A DNA stretch of 64,000 bases from Octopus vulgaris (taxonomy: Eukaryota). This document shows, piece after piece, positions 1-11,135 of this stretch. The notes below the pieces were generated by a model that did not search any database, was not told where the DNA came from, and saw nothing but the letters and a program-made list of their open reading frames with translations. The stretch spans positions 129,208,001-129,272,000 of the forward strand of contig OX597815.1 in assembly GCA_951406725.2 (NCBI GenBank), read 5' to 3'. A program made the position numbers and the translations under genes. Position 1 is the first letter of the stretch. The number at the start of each line of letters is the position of its first letter.

Positions 1-745
1 CAACACCGCATTGGTGGATATATAATTTCTTCATTTGTGAATTAAGGCTACCATTGGTTTCATGATAAGAAGAGTAGAATATCCTAGTATCTTAACAATT
101 TTTCAAGCCAATCAAATGGAGAAAGGTGTTCACCTCCATTTTGGAAAACAGTCTTGTTTCGTTCACCGGATTTCTTGTAAATTTGCATCAATAAAACAAT
201 GAATCATGGGATGTTACTCTAGAAGGCATTTTTTGAAGTTTGTCTCTTGGATTTGTCTTTCCGGTAAATTTCTTAAATTTTGCATTACTTGTTTGTTTTT
301 GTTCTGCACACAGTGTTTTTGTACTTGTATGTTGAGATTGTACGTCACTGGGAGTTATTTCTTCTTTGTTGTGTGAACTTTGTGTGCTATGTCTGTTCAC
401 ATTTATGAAGGTGCTATCCTAGTAGGGTCGCTCTCGTTTATAGTTACCCTCATTTATAGGGAGTCTTTATAGTATTTGAAGGTAAAATATTGTTTCTATG
501 TATGCAGGAAGTGAAAGTTTCCTCCTTAACGTTTAAGATGTTGTCTGTTGATTGTATAATATTTAATTTTTCAGTAATACAGAATTCACATTTGATACCC
601 CGTCCTCCATATCTTTTGGCTTTAGCAATAATTTTCCATTCAATGTGGGGATTGCTTATTACACCTTCTTTCAATGTCCAAATTACATTTGATAGGGATG
701 TTGCTTGTTTTTTGTTATTTGTCTCTGAAGGACACAAACATTATG
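1..745 (-). mobile_element. Penelope-like element 3' fragment (GIY-YIG endonuclease C-terminus plus 3' region)
   Basis: ORF 450-737 ATSLSNVIWTLKE...IEWKIIAKAKRY...CEFCITEKLNII...LNVKEETFTSCIHRN matches the PLE GIY-YIG C-terminal pattern T.LS..IW.LK / W.I / C.LC..EK / LN.R.E...C.H. Confidence 0.8.
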
Positions 746-904
746 CAACTGAAAAGAAAGCTCAAAATAATATTATTATATATATAATATATACGTGTGT
801 GTGTGTATGCGTGTGTTATATAATGTCATTGCAAGCTTTCTTTTTAGATGCATAATGTTGCTATCCCCCATCCCAGGGTCTCACTGGCCCACACCTTCCA
901 CACC

Positions 905-2543
905 ATCACAGTTGGCTAACTTAATGTTTGCAAGTTGAAAGGTAAGTCTGATGAGATTGTTGAGATGCTTGGACAGAGACATGTTGATTTGTGCTGCATC
1001 CAAGAAGTAAGGTGAAGAGAAACTTCTGTTAGGTTCCTCACAGGCAAAGAACATAGGTATAAGATTTTCTGGGTAGGGAACATTGATGAGTTTGGGGGCA
1101 TGGGTATACTCCTTGTGGAGAAAATGGATTGATTAATCAAGGTAGTCAGAGTCTGTGATAGAATACTTAAGCTTAGACTAGCGGTGCAACATGGATTAAC
1201 AACCATTGTCTCAGCTTATGCTCCTCAGCTTGGGATACTTGAAAACAGTAAGACCGATTTTATGACACCCTCTTGCAGACTACCTCATCAATGACTAATA
1301 GGGACCTTCTCTTTGTGGCTGGTGACTTCAAGGGGCATGTTGGATAACATTCAGGGAGTTTCCATGGTGTACATGGTGACAATGGATTTGGTTCCCACAA
1401 TGAGGAAGGAACCAGTCTGCTGGAGTTCTGAGATGCAAATGATCTTATGCTCTGTAATACTAACTTCAAGAAACTTACCAGTCACCTATTCACCTACCAG
1501 TCTGGTGGGCCCACTAATCAGATTGACTACATTCTCACCAGGAAACGGGAAAGATGGCTACTTATAAATGCCAAAACTTTCCCAGGTTAAGAATGCACCT
1601 CATATCATAGGCTAGTAGAAAGCGACTTCAGGATCAGGGCTAAATGGCAGCCAGAAGACGACCAGCATGGAAAAGAAAAGTCTGGAAGCTTAAGGATCCT
1701 GTGGATGGACAGAGATTTAGAGATGTATTACTTGAAGCTTTTGACGAAAAAGAGGAGCATATAACATCACATAATGTGGAGGACAACTGGAGATTCCTAT
1801 GGGACAACCTGTCAAGGGGTGCTGACCAGATCTGTGGAGAGTGCAAAGTCCCCTCTTGACCTAGGATAACGTGGTAGTGGAACAATGTAGTTGACAGGGC
1901 CATTAGGAAAAAGAAACAGGCATGGAAGGACTGGAAGAAGAGTGAGAGAAGGAAACTGTGTCCGATCACCAAAAGGGAAGCTAGGAGATAGGTTTACTTA
2001 GCTAAAGGGGAAGCAGAAGAAAATATTTGCCAATATTCTGAGTCATGAGAACCAGAGACTTGTATGTTTCGTATTGCAAGACAGTGTGTGAGAGAGAATC
2101 ATGATATCATAGGAGGGAAATGTGTCCACATGGATGATGACTCACTTCCACTTAATGATGCTGCAAAGAGAGAGACTTGGAGATGCCACTATGAAAGGTT
2201 GCTAAATGAAGAGAATGAATGGGAGAAAAAGAGTCTACCAAATGTCAACCCAACAGAGGAACCAGCTATCCAAATTGACAGTACCTTGGTAGATAAAGCA
2301 ATTAAAAGTATGAAGACAGGGAAAACCCCCAGCCCATCAGGAATCACTGCTGAGATGCTTAAAATATCTGGCAGTGTAGGCTATAGTCTAGTCACTCATA
2401 CAGTCAATCAGGTGATACATGAAGGTGTCATACCCAATGACTGGGGTAGCAGCACCATAGTAAACTGCTACAAAGGTAAAGGTGATGCATTAGATACGAA
2501 TAGCTACAGAGGTATCAAATTGTTGGATCAGGTGATGAAAGCC
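905..2543 (+). mobile_element. RTE-clade LINE remnant (APE endonuclease to start of RT), multiple stops and frameshifts
   Basis: LNVCKLKGKSDEIVEML...DLCCIQEVR, SAYAPQ, AGDF.GHVG, IDYIL (APE motifs). ORF 2064-2657 has WRCHYERLLN, GKTPSPSGITAEMLK, KGKGDALDTNSYRGIKLL. Cut at about 2543 by a SINE/LINE tail. Confidence 0.9.
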
Positions 2544-2653
2544 ACCTGGTTTTCCAGTCCTCAGTCAAACCCATGCCAGTATGGAAAGCAGGCATTAAAC
2601 AATGATGGTTATGATGATGATATGTTAACATACATATATGTATATATATACAT

Positions 2654-3100
2654 ATAAGAATGATGGAAAATAGAGACAAATACCCAAGATGTTAAATGAT
2701 TTAAGTAACATCTTGGGCATTTGTCTCCATTTACCGTTATTCTTATGTTCTCTTCTCACTTATCCCCAGCATTAACTCCCACACAAGTGTGGTTACAAAG
2801 TCATAGGATGCTTATGTAACATCTGGCTACTTTGTAACTGTTCCTCTGGATCTTTCCTTATAAATTGAACATTTATGTGTGTGTTATATAAATGTAACCA
2901 CATGTGGATCATTGGCAGTTTTTTCCCCTCTGTCTTATTTTTTTTTCTTGGACTTTCCTCCATCTCCTGTTTCTGATGAAGCACCTTGCTTGAAACGTAA
3001 GACTACCTTTCTTTCCCTCCCTGGGCGTCTACTCATACCTTGCATGTACCATGTCCATGCATTGTTGTTTCTTTCTTGTGTTTGTTCTTCATTTTTTGGG
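2654..3100 (+). mobile_element. Probable non-autonomous PLE-type remnant beginning with a ~41 bp-arm hairpin and carrying a hammerhead-like motif
   Basis: Inverted repeat 2654-2694 / 2706-2746, and CTGATGA...GAAACGTA at 2973-2999. Flanked by (TA)n. Confidence 0.5.
2969..3003 (+). ncRNA. Minimal type I hammerhead ribozyme motif (degenerate stem II)
   Basis: gttt-CTGATGA-agcaccttgctt-GAAAC-GTA-agac. Stem I gttt/agac, stem II agca/tgct, cleavage triplet GUA. Confidence 0.6.
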
Positions 3101-3185
3101 GATTTATTATATATACATATATTTATATATGTATCATCATCATCATTATATATATATATATATATATGTATGTATATATATATAA

Positions 3186-4640
3186 ATGGAAAGATGGGTG
3201 GAACATTACTCTAAATTGTACACAAAGGAGTGAGATGTTGATAGACAGCTTGATGAGGCCATTCCTCAGCTCCCCGAAATGACAGAACTTGATATACCAC
3301 CAAAGGAAGAAGAACTCCCCACTGCAATCAACGAACTTGCAGGCAGAAAAGCACCCAGAAATGACAATATACCTGCTGAAGTGTTGAAAGAGAACAAAGA
3401 TACCCTCCTTCCACATTTATACAAGTTACTAAAGACATGTTGGTTGGAAGTAAAAATTCCACAGGATATGAGAGATCCCAAGATCATCACTCTACAAAAA
3501 TAAAGGGGAAAAGGGAGATTGCAATAACTGTAGAGGCATCTCACTTCTGAGCATCACTGGAAAAGCTTTTGCGAGGATCATTCTGAAACGCCTTCAAAAG
3601 CTAGCAGAAAGAGTACTACCAGAGAGCCACTGAGTTTTAGATCTAACCACTCAACAACAGATATGATCTCCATTCGTCAACTACAAGAAAAATGCCGGGA
3701 ATAGCAATTACCACTAAATATAGCATTTGTCAATCTGACAAAGGCATTTGCTACAGTCAGCAGATCAGGACTGTACATAGTACTTGGAAAATGTGGCTGT
3801 CCCCCAATACTACAGCAGCTCATTGTTTCATTCCATGATGACAGGAAGGCCACTATTCAGTTTGACAGTTTAATATCAGATAGCTTCAACATCAACAGCG
3901 GAGTAAAACAAGGTTGTGTCTTAGCACCAATCCTTTTCAGCATTTACTTTGCTGTATTGCTGCAGTATGCATTTCAAGAGTCACCAGGAGATGTCTACCT
4001 TTGTTGGAGAACTGATAGGTCACTCTTTGATCTTTCTAGACTTCGGGCCAAGACCAAGATCAATACAGCACTTTCTCTTAAGAGACTTTCTCTTCGCCAA
4101 CGATGTGGCACTTGTTGCTGACAGTGAATTAACTCTACAAATAATGATAGACCACCTATCATCAGCATGCAAGGCCTTCGGTTTGGTCATCAGTGTAAAG
4201 AAGACAGTCATCTTCACTCAGGAGGGCACAGTGAAAGGCCATATCAAGCTTGATAACAAAGAGTTTGACAGTGGACAGGTTCACATGATGATGAAATTAA
4301 GAACACTTGCAAAACTAGTTTGTACAAGTGTGAGGTGGATGTCAGCACCTGGGAAGAGAGGGCTGAGGACAGAACAATATGGAGGACTGTAGTGAAAGAA
4401 GGAGCTGCTTCGCTAGAGAGCAGCTACAGAAACAAACAAGTTGAGAAGCGTCAGCGGTGAAAGGAAAACAACAGAAATGCAGAACACTGAGCCACCATTT
4501 TGGTATGCAAGTACTGTGATAGAAGCTGCGCTTCAATCATACGAAGAATCAGCCTTGAAAGATGCTGCAAGAAAAGGAGCCCCTGATATGTTCGTTTAAG
4601 TAACCTCTAAGCTAAATTGACAGTCTGCATTGATGAAAAG
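3186..4640 (+). mobile_element. Second RTE-clade (BovB-like) LINE remnant, RT domain to 3' end
   Basis: KAPRNDNIPAEVLK, NCRGISLLSITGKAFARII, FVNLTKAFATV, GVKQGCVLAPILF, FLFANDVAL (YADD-equivalent), with stops and frameshifts. Confidence 0.9.
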
Positions 4641-4904
4641 GGCCAATTATATACATACAACATCATCATCTGTTGTCCATACTGGCATGGGTTGCATGGT
4701 TTGACTGGAGCTAGTAAGCTGAAAGGCTGCACCAGACTTTAGTTTGATTTGGCATGGTTTTCTATGGCTGCATACCCTTCCTAACACCAACCAGTCCAAG
4801 ACTATAATGGGTGCTTTTATGTGTCACCGGCACAGGCCCCATTCCCGTGACACGAGTATACACCATGACTGCGATTTTGCTCAAGTTGATGGGTCATCTT
4901 CTCA

Positions 4905-5345
4905 AGTGGATTTGGTAGTTGGAAACTGAAAGAAGCCCATCATATATATATATGGATATTTATGTGTGTGTCTTAGTGTCAGTGTTTGTCCCCACCACCA
5001 TTGCTTCACAACTGCTGTTGGTGTGTTTACGTCCCTGAAGCTTAGTGGTTCGGTAAAAGAGACCAACAGAATAAGTACCAGGCTTACAAAGAATAAGCCC
5101 TGGGGACAGTTTCTTCGACTAAAAAACGTGGTACTCCAGCATAACTGCAGTCAAATGATTGAAAAAAATAAAAAAGAATAAATATATTCTTTTATTCTTT
5201 TACTTGTTTCAGTCATTTGACTGCAGCCATGTTGGAACACCAGCTTTAGTCGAACAAATTGACCCCAGAACTCATTCTTTGTAAGCTAAGTATTTATTCT
5301 ATGAGTTTCGTTTGCCAAACCGCTAAGTTATGGGGACGTAAACGC
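4905..5345. mobile_element. Two tail-to-tail 3' fragments of the tRNA-derived SINE family
   Basis: gacggaaactgaaagaagcc...aataagtac.aggcttacaaagaataag...cagtcaaatgactgaaac on + (4905-5180), and its reverse complement at 5190-5345. Confidence 0.75.
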
Positions 5346-5504
5346 AGGTTACCTCCCCATAACTTAGATAATTACATGTTCGTTTTTATTTTTAATTTTA
5401 CTTCTTAATTTCTATTTTATTTACTTATCAGTTTACTAATATCAATCTACACACTACTTATTTATTGCATTAGTATTGGTGCATATGATATTGTAATATA
5501 TGAT

Positions 5505-5905
5505 TGTTGCCAGAGCAGCTAACTGGCCCTCGTGCCGGTGGCACATAAAAAGTACCATTCAAGCATGATCGTTACCAGCGTCGCCTTACTGGCACTTATG
5601 CTGGTGGCACGTGAAAAAACATTCGAGCGAGGTCGCTGCCAGTGCCGCTGGACTGGCTCCTGTGTAGGTGGCACGTAAAAACACCATTTGAGCATGGCCG
5701 TTGCCAGTACCGCCTGACTGGCCCTCGTGCCGGTGGCATGTAAAAGCACCCACAACACTCTTGGAGTGGTTGGCATTAGGAAGGGCATCCAGCTGTAGAA
5801 ACTCTGCCAGATCAGACTGGAGCCTGGTGCAGTCATCTGGTTCGCCAGTCCTCAGTCAAATTGTCCAACCCATGCTAGCATGGAAAACGCTGATGATAAT
5901 GATAA
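5505..5905 (+). mobile_element. RTE 3'-UTR-derived repeat (SINE or 5'-truncated LINE) with ~60 bp internal units
   Basis: Units gtgccggtggcacgtaaaagcacc, then gagtggttggcattaggaagggcatccagctgtagaaac...ccaacccatgctagcatggaaa and a (GAT)n tail, shared with the LINE ends at 19985-20150 and 34160-34360. Confidence 0.85.
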
Positions 5906-7014
5906 CAATTATACTCATATACCTACTTTCGCTTTTTCTTTTACTTAACATCCTAGAAGGTTATACTGCTCTGTTCTTAATTTTTATTATAAGTCCAATA
6001 AATATACTACCTTCCACCCCTTGGTAAAGTTTAGACCAAGTTCTTTATATCTAAATTTTATCAGTTAACAGTTTGCAGCTGTATACTCAACCTACAGGAA
6101 TTGAACACCTAATTTGTTAAATCCTTAGCTAACTCTGATGTGATTCAACTTTTAAATGGTTTTAAATTTGTTAATTAATTTCTAAAGGTTTGAAATTGAA
6201 ATTTTTTTAATTAATAAATAATTATTTATCAATTATTTCCCTATTTTCTTATCTTCTTTAAATATATATATAATCCACGATTTATCTGGTTACCTTGCAG
6301 TTGAATATTAATTGTAATATTCAACACTTTTTGAATAGGTAACTAACCAGTATTTTCACTGGATTTTATTATCCCTCGATGAGGTTTATAACTTTTATTT
6401 GAACTTATATGTTATATATATATATATAAATTTGACAACCAATGTTGGCATGTTTACATCCCCATAACCTAGCGGTTCAGCAAAAGAGACCAATAGAATA
6501 AGTACTAGGCTTACAAAGAATAAGTCCTGGGGTCAATTTATTCAATTAAAAGCTATGCACTAGCATGGCCACAGTCAGATGACTGAAACAAATAAAAGAA
6601 TAGTCACAATGAGGATATTAAACCTCTTATAGGGATATTTTTATCCACGATACACTGGTTAAATAAATTACATTTTGAAGAGATGTTTCTTTAATTAATA
6701 TATTATATAAAATATCATAAAATATCAAATATTATTATCAACTTAGAAAATAGAGATCTAATGGATATAAATTAATTTATTAATTAATTAACATATTCAC
6801 CTATAATTGTTTCATTTCACAAACAAAATTAAAATTGCAAAACATACATAAATATATAATTTTGCATTTTAAATTCCTTGTATGGAAAATCATCAGGGTG
6901 TACAAAGGACAATACAAGAATTACATTATGATCCATTTGGAATACTCATATACTAATATATAGTCATATTTATTATGTATGTATGTATGTATGTATGAAT
7001 GTATGTATGTATCA

Positions 7015-7670
7015 GCATCATTGTTTAACGCCCATTTTCCAAGTTGGCATGGGTTGGACAGTTTGACTGCAGTCTGGAGAGCCAGCGGATGCACCAGGCC
7101 CCAATCTGATCTGGCAATGTTTCTACAGCTGGATGTCCTTCGTAATGCCAACTACTCTGAGTGTGTAGTGGGTACCTTTTACATAGCACCATCACAGGAG
7201 TCAGTCAGGCAGGCCACATTCAGATAGTGCTTCTGATGTGCCACCGGCACGGGGGCCAGTCAGGCAGTCCTGCCATCGATCACATTTGGATAGTGCTTTT
7301 TATGTGTCACCAGCATGGGAGCTACTTAGGGGACACTAGCCACAGCTGTAATTTTGGTTTTACTTGACTCAACAGGTCTTCTCAAGCATATCATATTACC
7401 TGACACATCATCATACTCTTAAATGGGCTGGACATGCAACACTGGAATCGGCCATGGTGGTGATCTCACTTTAGTTGCTGGGTCTTCTCAATAACAGCAT
7501 ATCTCCAAAGGTCTCGGTCTCCTGTCACTGCCTCTTTGAGGCCCAATGTTCGAAGGTCATGCTTCACCATCTCATTTCCTGGGTCAACCTTTTCTACAGG
7601 TTCCTTCCACAGTTAGGGAGTGGCACTTCCTCACAGTGTTGTCCTCATCCATGACCATACCAGCACAGTT
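7015..7670 (-). mobile_element. 5'-truncated RTE 3' end with shared tail
   Basis: Reverse complement of the (GAT)n tail, the ~60 bp units and the RTE ORF C-terminus (gaagcatgaccttcgaacattgggcctc). Confidence 0.8.
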
Positions 7671-7697
7671 GTCTCTATGTGTGTATTATGTTTACTA

Positions 7698-7742
<45 letters not shown>

Positions 7743-8483
7743 TACATATATTTTCTTGTTGGTTTCAGCTCAAAGCTGTGGCCATGCTGGGACACCAACG
7801 TTTTACTACACTGTTATTATTGAGAGCCTCCTCTGATATGTGGCATTTGGTCAATAATGTAAACCACCAAATTGTATGTACATATTGGTACATTTAAGAT
7901 AATTTAGGTTTTTTCACTATTGCAAAATAATAATAATTACTGAATTTGTTTTTAAGCTTAAAAAAAGGCTTTTATTTTACCAAACGTCATTGCAAACTGC
8001 ATTCATAAATAAAGCATCCGCAATGTATGGTAAACACCGCCAAATTGTATTCATAAATTTAGATTACTATTTTTTTACTGTACTGTATTAAAAAATAAAA
8101 ATTATTTGTTTGTAAGCTTAAAATAGGTTGTTATTAACCATGTATTATTGAAAATGCATTCATAAATAAAGTACACAACAGGGAATGATTATTAACGGTT
8201 TAGCCTAGAGCCAAGTAAATTCGACCTTGCCTAATCTAGGGACAAGTTAATACAACTGAAGTTGTTTTTTGACTTAAGTCATGACTCTTGAAACCAATTA
8301 ATGACATAGTATGAGGTATGCCTGAATTTAAAACATACTACCTCAGTTTAAAATGTTGGAATAAAAATACATGTAAAAAAATAAATATTCACTCATGAAA
8401 ATAATTAATATTTGAGTTATCACTATTCTAATAAATCAGGTTTGGCAATATTAATAATATTAGAATTCATATCAAAGACTTAC

Positions 8484-8602
8484 GGAGTATTATAGTACTA
8501 TTATATTCACTGCTGTTTTTGTCATAAGCATGTACAATGATAGATAAATCATATGATTTTCCAGCTACCAGATCTGTAAATGTATGTGTGCTTATGTTTT
8601 TC
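8484..8602 (-). CDS. Exon encoding C-terminal half of an FN3 domain
   Basis: ttttaag| acceptor, 119 nt, phase 2 to 1, (K)KNISTHTFTDLVAGKSYDLSIIVHAYDKNSSEYNSTIIL with the 'L..G..Y' motif, |GTAAGT donor. Phase matches the previous exon. The gene continues beyond the window start. Confidence 0.88.
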
Positions 8603-9694
8603 CTTAAAAATAAAAGATTCATAATTGACATATATTGAAGACAATACAAACTCAAGTTCAAACATTACAAGCATCTCATTTACATAGTTTATAGATTAAG
8701 TTTTAAAGCCGTGTCTCAAATATCTGCTATTGACACCAAATTATACGCCACATGAAGATGCAATTCAAATAACATTGTTGTTTATGGTTGAAAACTGGAA
8801 ATACACAAAGTTTATCCTCACTTTAGCTTTACAAAGATTTCTTCCTTGCACCATGTGTCTTTATTTTTTGCATTTTATCAAGTGAATTTTTCTTCATTTA
8901 GATTTTGAGCATAAAAGCAGTTAATACTTCATGCAGTGAGAATTAGGTGTTATTCATTCTTAAGGATTTAATTGGGAAAATACAGCATGGACTCAGAGAA
9001 AATAATTTTAGTGATATTCAAGTGTCATCAATAAATACCAGCTTTCTAAATGACATCAGAATTTATCAATTCTGAGAAGTAGAGGAGTCATCACATGGTT
9101 GATATTACATCTATGCTTTAATTAGAGAATGGTAAGAATTAAAACTAAACAGATTAATTTTGTGATATATTTTAAATATTTCCATACTGGTGAGTTTAAG
9201 AATAGATTGTAATTATTGTAATAGAGTAAAAAGCACTAATTTGTTGGGTCTTATAAAACTTTTGAATGACAGAAATTAAGGCATATCCTAGAAACAGGAA
9301 ATCTGAAACAAGAAACGCATGCCAAAGAAACAGGAAATAAGTGCCTATACCTTGTAAATACATGTGGGGACACATAAGTGTAATCAACTATATTCAACCT
9401 ACCTTGGCAGGTGAAAGTGACAGCAAACTTTCTACTTTCTAACAAGATTGGGAAAGTTACATGAGTAGGGCTTTGAGAATTAAGGAATGATATCAAAACC
9501 TAAAATATTTTCAAAGATTAAATATGTATTGAAACATACAGTTTGAGTAATGTTTACTAGATAATTACATCTAACACACAAAAATACCATCAGCTGGATT
9601 ATAACAAAAATACAATTAGCAGAAGTTATATCTTACTGTTTAGTAAATCAACTGGATTTAAAAATCAAATTAATTAATATTATGATAAACTTAC

Positions 9695-9818
9695 TTTTCA
9701 GAACAGGTGGGTACATTTGTTAAACAAGCAGTATATGTAAATGATGGCTGTTTTTCCCAAATAACTGTAATGTTTCTTCCATTAGTTTTCACAGTAGCAT
9801 TAGAAAGAGCATCAGGAT
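9695..9818 (-). CDS. Exon encoding N-terminal half of an FN3 domain
   Basis: tttccag| acceptor, 124 nt, phase 1 to 2, DPDALSNATVKTNGRNITVIWEKQPSFTYTACLTNVPTCSE, |GTAAGT donor. Confidence 0.88.
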
Positions 9819-9939
9819 CTGGAAATAAACAAAGATTTATAAGTCTTTATTATGCAAATTAGTTTAATAACAAAGATAAGAAAAGATTATTTACATTACT
9901 TACATTTGACAAATATTTGTCCTCGTTTTGCTTGAGGTT

Positions 9940-9985
9940 AACACAACATTTCAGCTGATATACTCTCCAACCTTCATCAGGTGTC
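9940..9985 (-). ncRNA. Minimal type I hammerhead ribozyme (slightly decayed)
   Basis: gacac-CTGATGA-a-ggttg-gagagtatat-cagct-GAAA-tGTT-gtgtt. Stem I gacac/gtgtt, stem II ggttg/cagct, stem III consistent with CpG-decayed AACGTT palindrome. Confidence 0.7.
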
Positions 9986-10060
9986 CTGGGGTAATTTCGA
10001 ATCTGGGTTCTCATTCCTAAGGTATTTTTCCTATATTATTATTATTACTATTATTATTCA

Positions 10061-10133
10061 AGTTACTGTCTGGAATCGAACTCGGAATCTTGGGGTTAGT
10101 AGCCCATGCTCTTAACTACAACGCCATATGCTC
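10061..10133 (-). promoter_or_regulatory. tRNA-derived Pol III internal promoter (A and B boxes) inside a PLE 3' region
   Basis: TGGCGTTGTAGTTAAG (A box/D arm), GGG-CTACTAA-CCC anticodon-like arm, GAGTTCGATTCC (B box). The acceptor stem is poor, so this is not a functional tRNA. Confidence 0.7.
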
Positions 10134-10705
10134 TTGGGCAATTATGGAGTGAATTTTAGGGCTCATAAATCTAATATTTACCTATCCTTCCTTAATACCG
10201 GTTCCCATATGCTACTCATATCTGCACTTGGTCTGCTTAGGAGGTTATTATGTCCTAGCATATGTGCTGTTTCTTTTAGTTTTCGTATTTTCTAGTAGTG
10301 TTCTCTGTCTATTATTTTAACTTCATCCCACAGCGGGAAGTAGTCTCAAATAGAGAACTGGATGAGAAAAGATATGTTAATAAAATAGTGTGAAATTATA
10401 TGATCCATAATGACATAGCATTAAAACAGTTAATTAAATAGGTTGCTCCCAAAAATAACATAGGTAAAGTAAAAACAAAAATTCTTTATCAAACTAGAAA
10501 TTTTCTTCATTATAAGTTAAATCTCTAACCATGAAAATGAATTTTTCTTTAACCTTCTAAAGTTTTAATAGCATTATTTCCTTCAAAGAAATACATTTAT
10601 TCCTGATCTAATTTTAGGAATTTTAATTTTTGCTGTTTTGATTAAGATCATACAAGCAAAGTCAAATTTATGTTTTGAAAAAGAATTTTAAATTTGCCTA
10701 CTTAC

Positions 10706-10975
10706 CAGTAACAAATGATGTATTCAAGAATGTTTCACTTGTCTTACTGTTAGCCACAGTCCATATTTCCACTTCGTACTTTGTACCATCCTCTAGCAAT
10801 ATTAATTGTATGCTTTGTAAGCTCCTATTTTTTTCTTTGTAAGTGTCTGCATTTTCGACTTTGTATTTAATTAGCCATAAATCTCCACCAGATTTCTGCT
10901 TGTCAAATTGCCATTTAATAGAAACATTTGTTCCAGTAACAATAATTTCAGTTATATTAGTTGGTTCTAAGGGTC
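10706..10975 (-). CDS. Exon encoding one complete FN3 domain
   Basis: tttag| acceptor, 270 nt, phase 1-1, open frame (R)PLEPTNITEIIVTGTNVSIKWQFDKQKSGGDLWLIKYKVENADTYKEKNRSLQSIQLILLEDGTKYEVEIWTVANSKTSETFLNTSFVT with canonical FN3 W and L..GT.Y, |GTAAGT donor. Not in the ORF track. Confidence 0.92.
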
Positions 10976-11135
10976 CTAAAAAAAAAATGGATTTTATGCA
11001 TCAAAAAATAATTATCAGTATCATACATGCATGAAAAAAATACAAAATTTACATGATAAATATCTTTATATAAATATATTTTATATCATTTATGTGCAAA
11101 AATAATTGCATGTTTTAACCATCAACTTTAAGCAA

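Larger units (their letters stand above)
9885..10345 (-). mobile_element. Penelope-like element 3' end: GIY-YIG C-terminus, tRNA-like segment and hammerhead
   Basis: Minus translation DYFPLWDEVKIIDREHY*KIRKLKETAHMLGHNNLLSRPSADMSSIWEPVLRKDR* (PLE GIY-YIG tail), then a tRNA-like block 10061-10133 and a hammerhead 9940-9985. Confidence 0.8.

Noticed and set aside
140-215. Possible minus-strand hammerhead in the PLE 3' region (TTCA...TGAAC-GAAAC)
   Set aside because: The core reads CCCATGA and no NUH plus stem I partner follows. Too decayed to call.
6130-6210. CTGATGT...GAAA with partial stem II, and a nearby diverged inverted similarity 6345-6390 / 6615-6660
   Set aside because: Core mismatch and no stem I or III. 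AT-rich sequence makes chance pairing likely.
9403-9499. Possible extra exon (ttttag acceptor, AG|GTAGGT donor)
   Set aside because: In the required phase 2 it hits an immediate TGA, and the flanking exons already join in frame to complete the FN3 domain.
10061-10133. Functional tRNA gene
   Set aside because: The acceptor stem does not pair and it sits inside a retroelement end, so it is treated as a tRNA-derived promoter. The SINE heads were rejected as tRNAs for the same reason.
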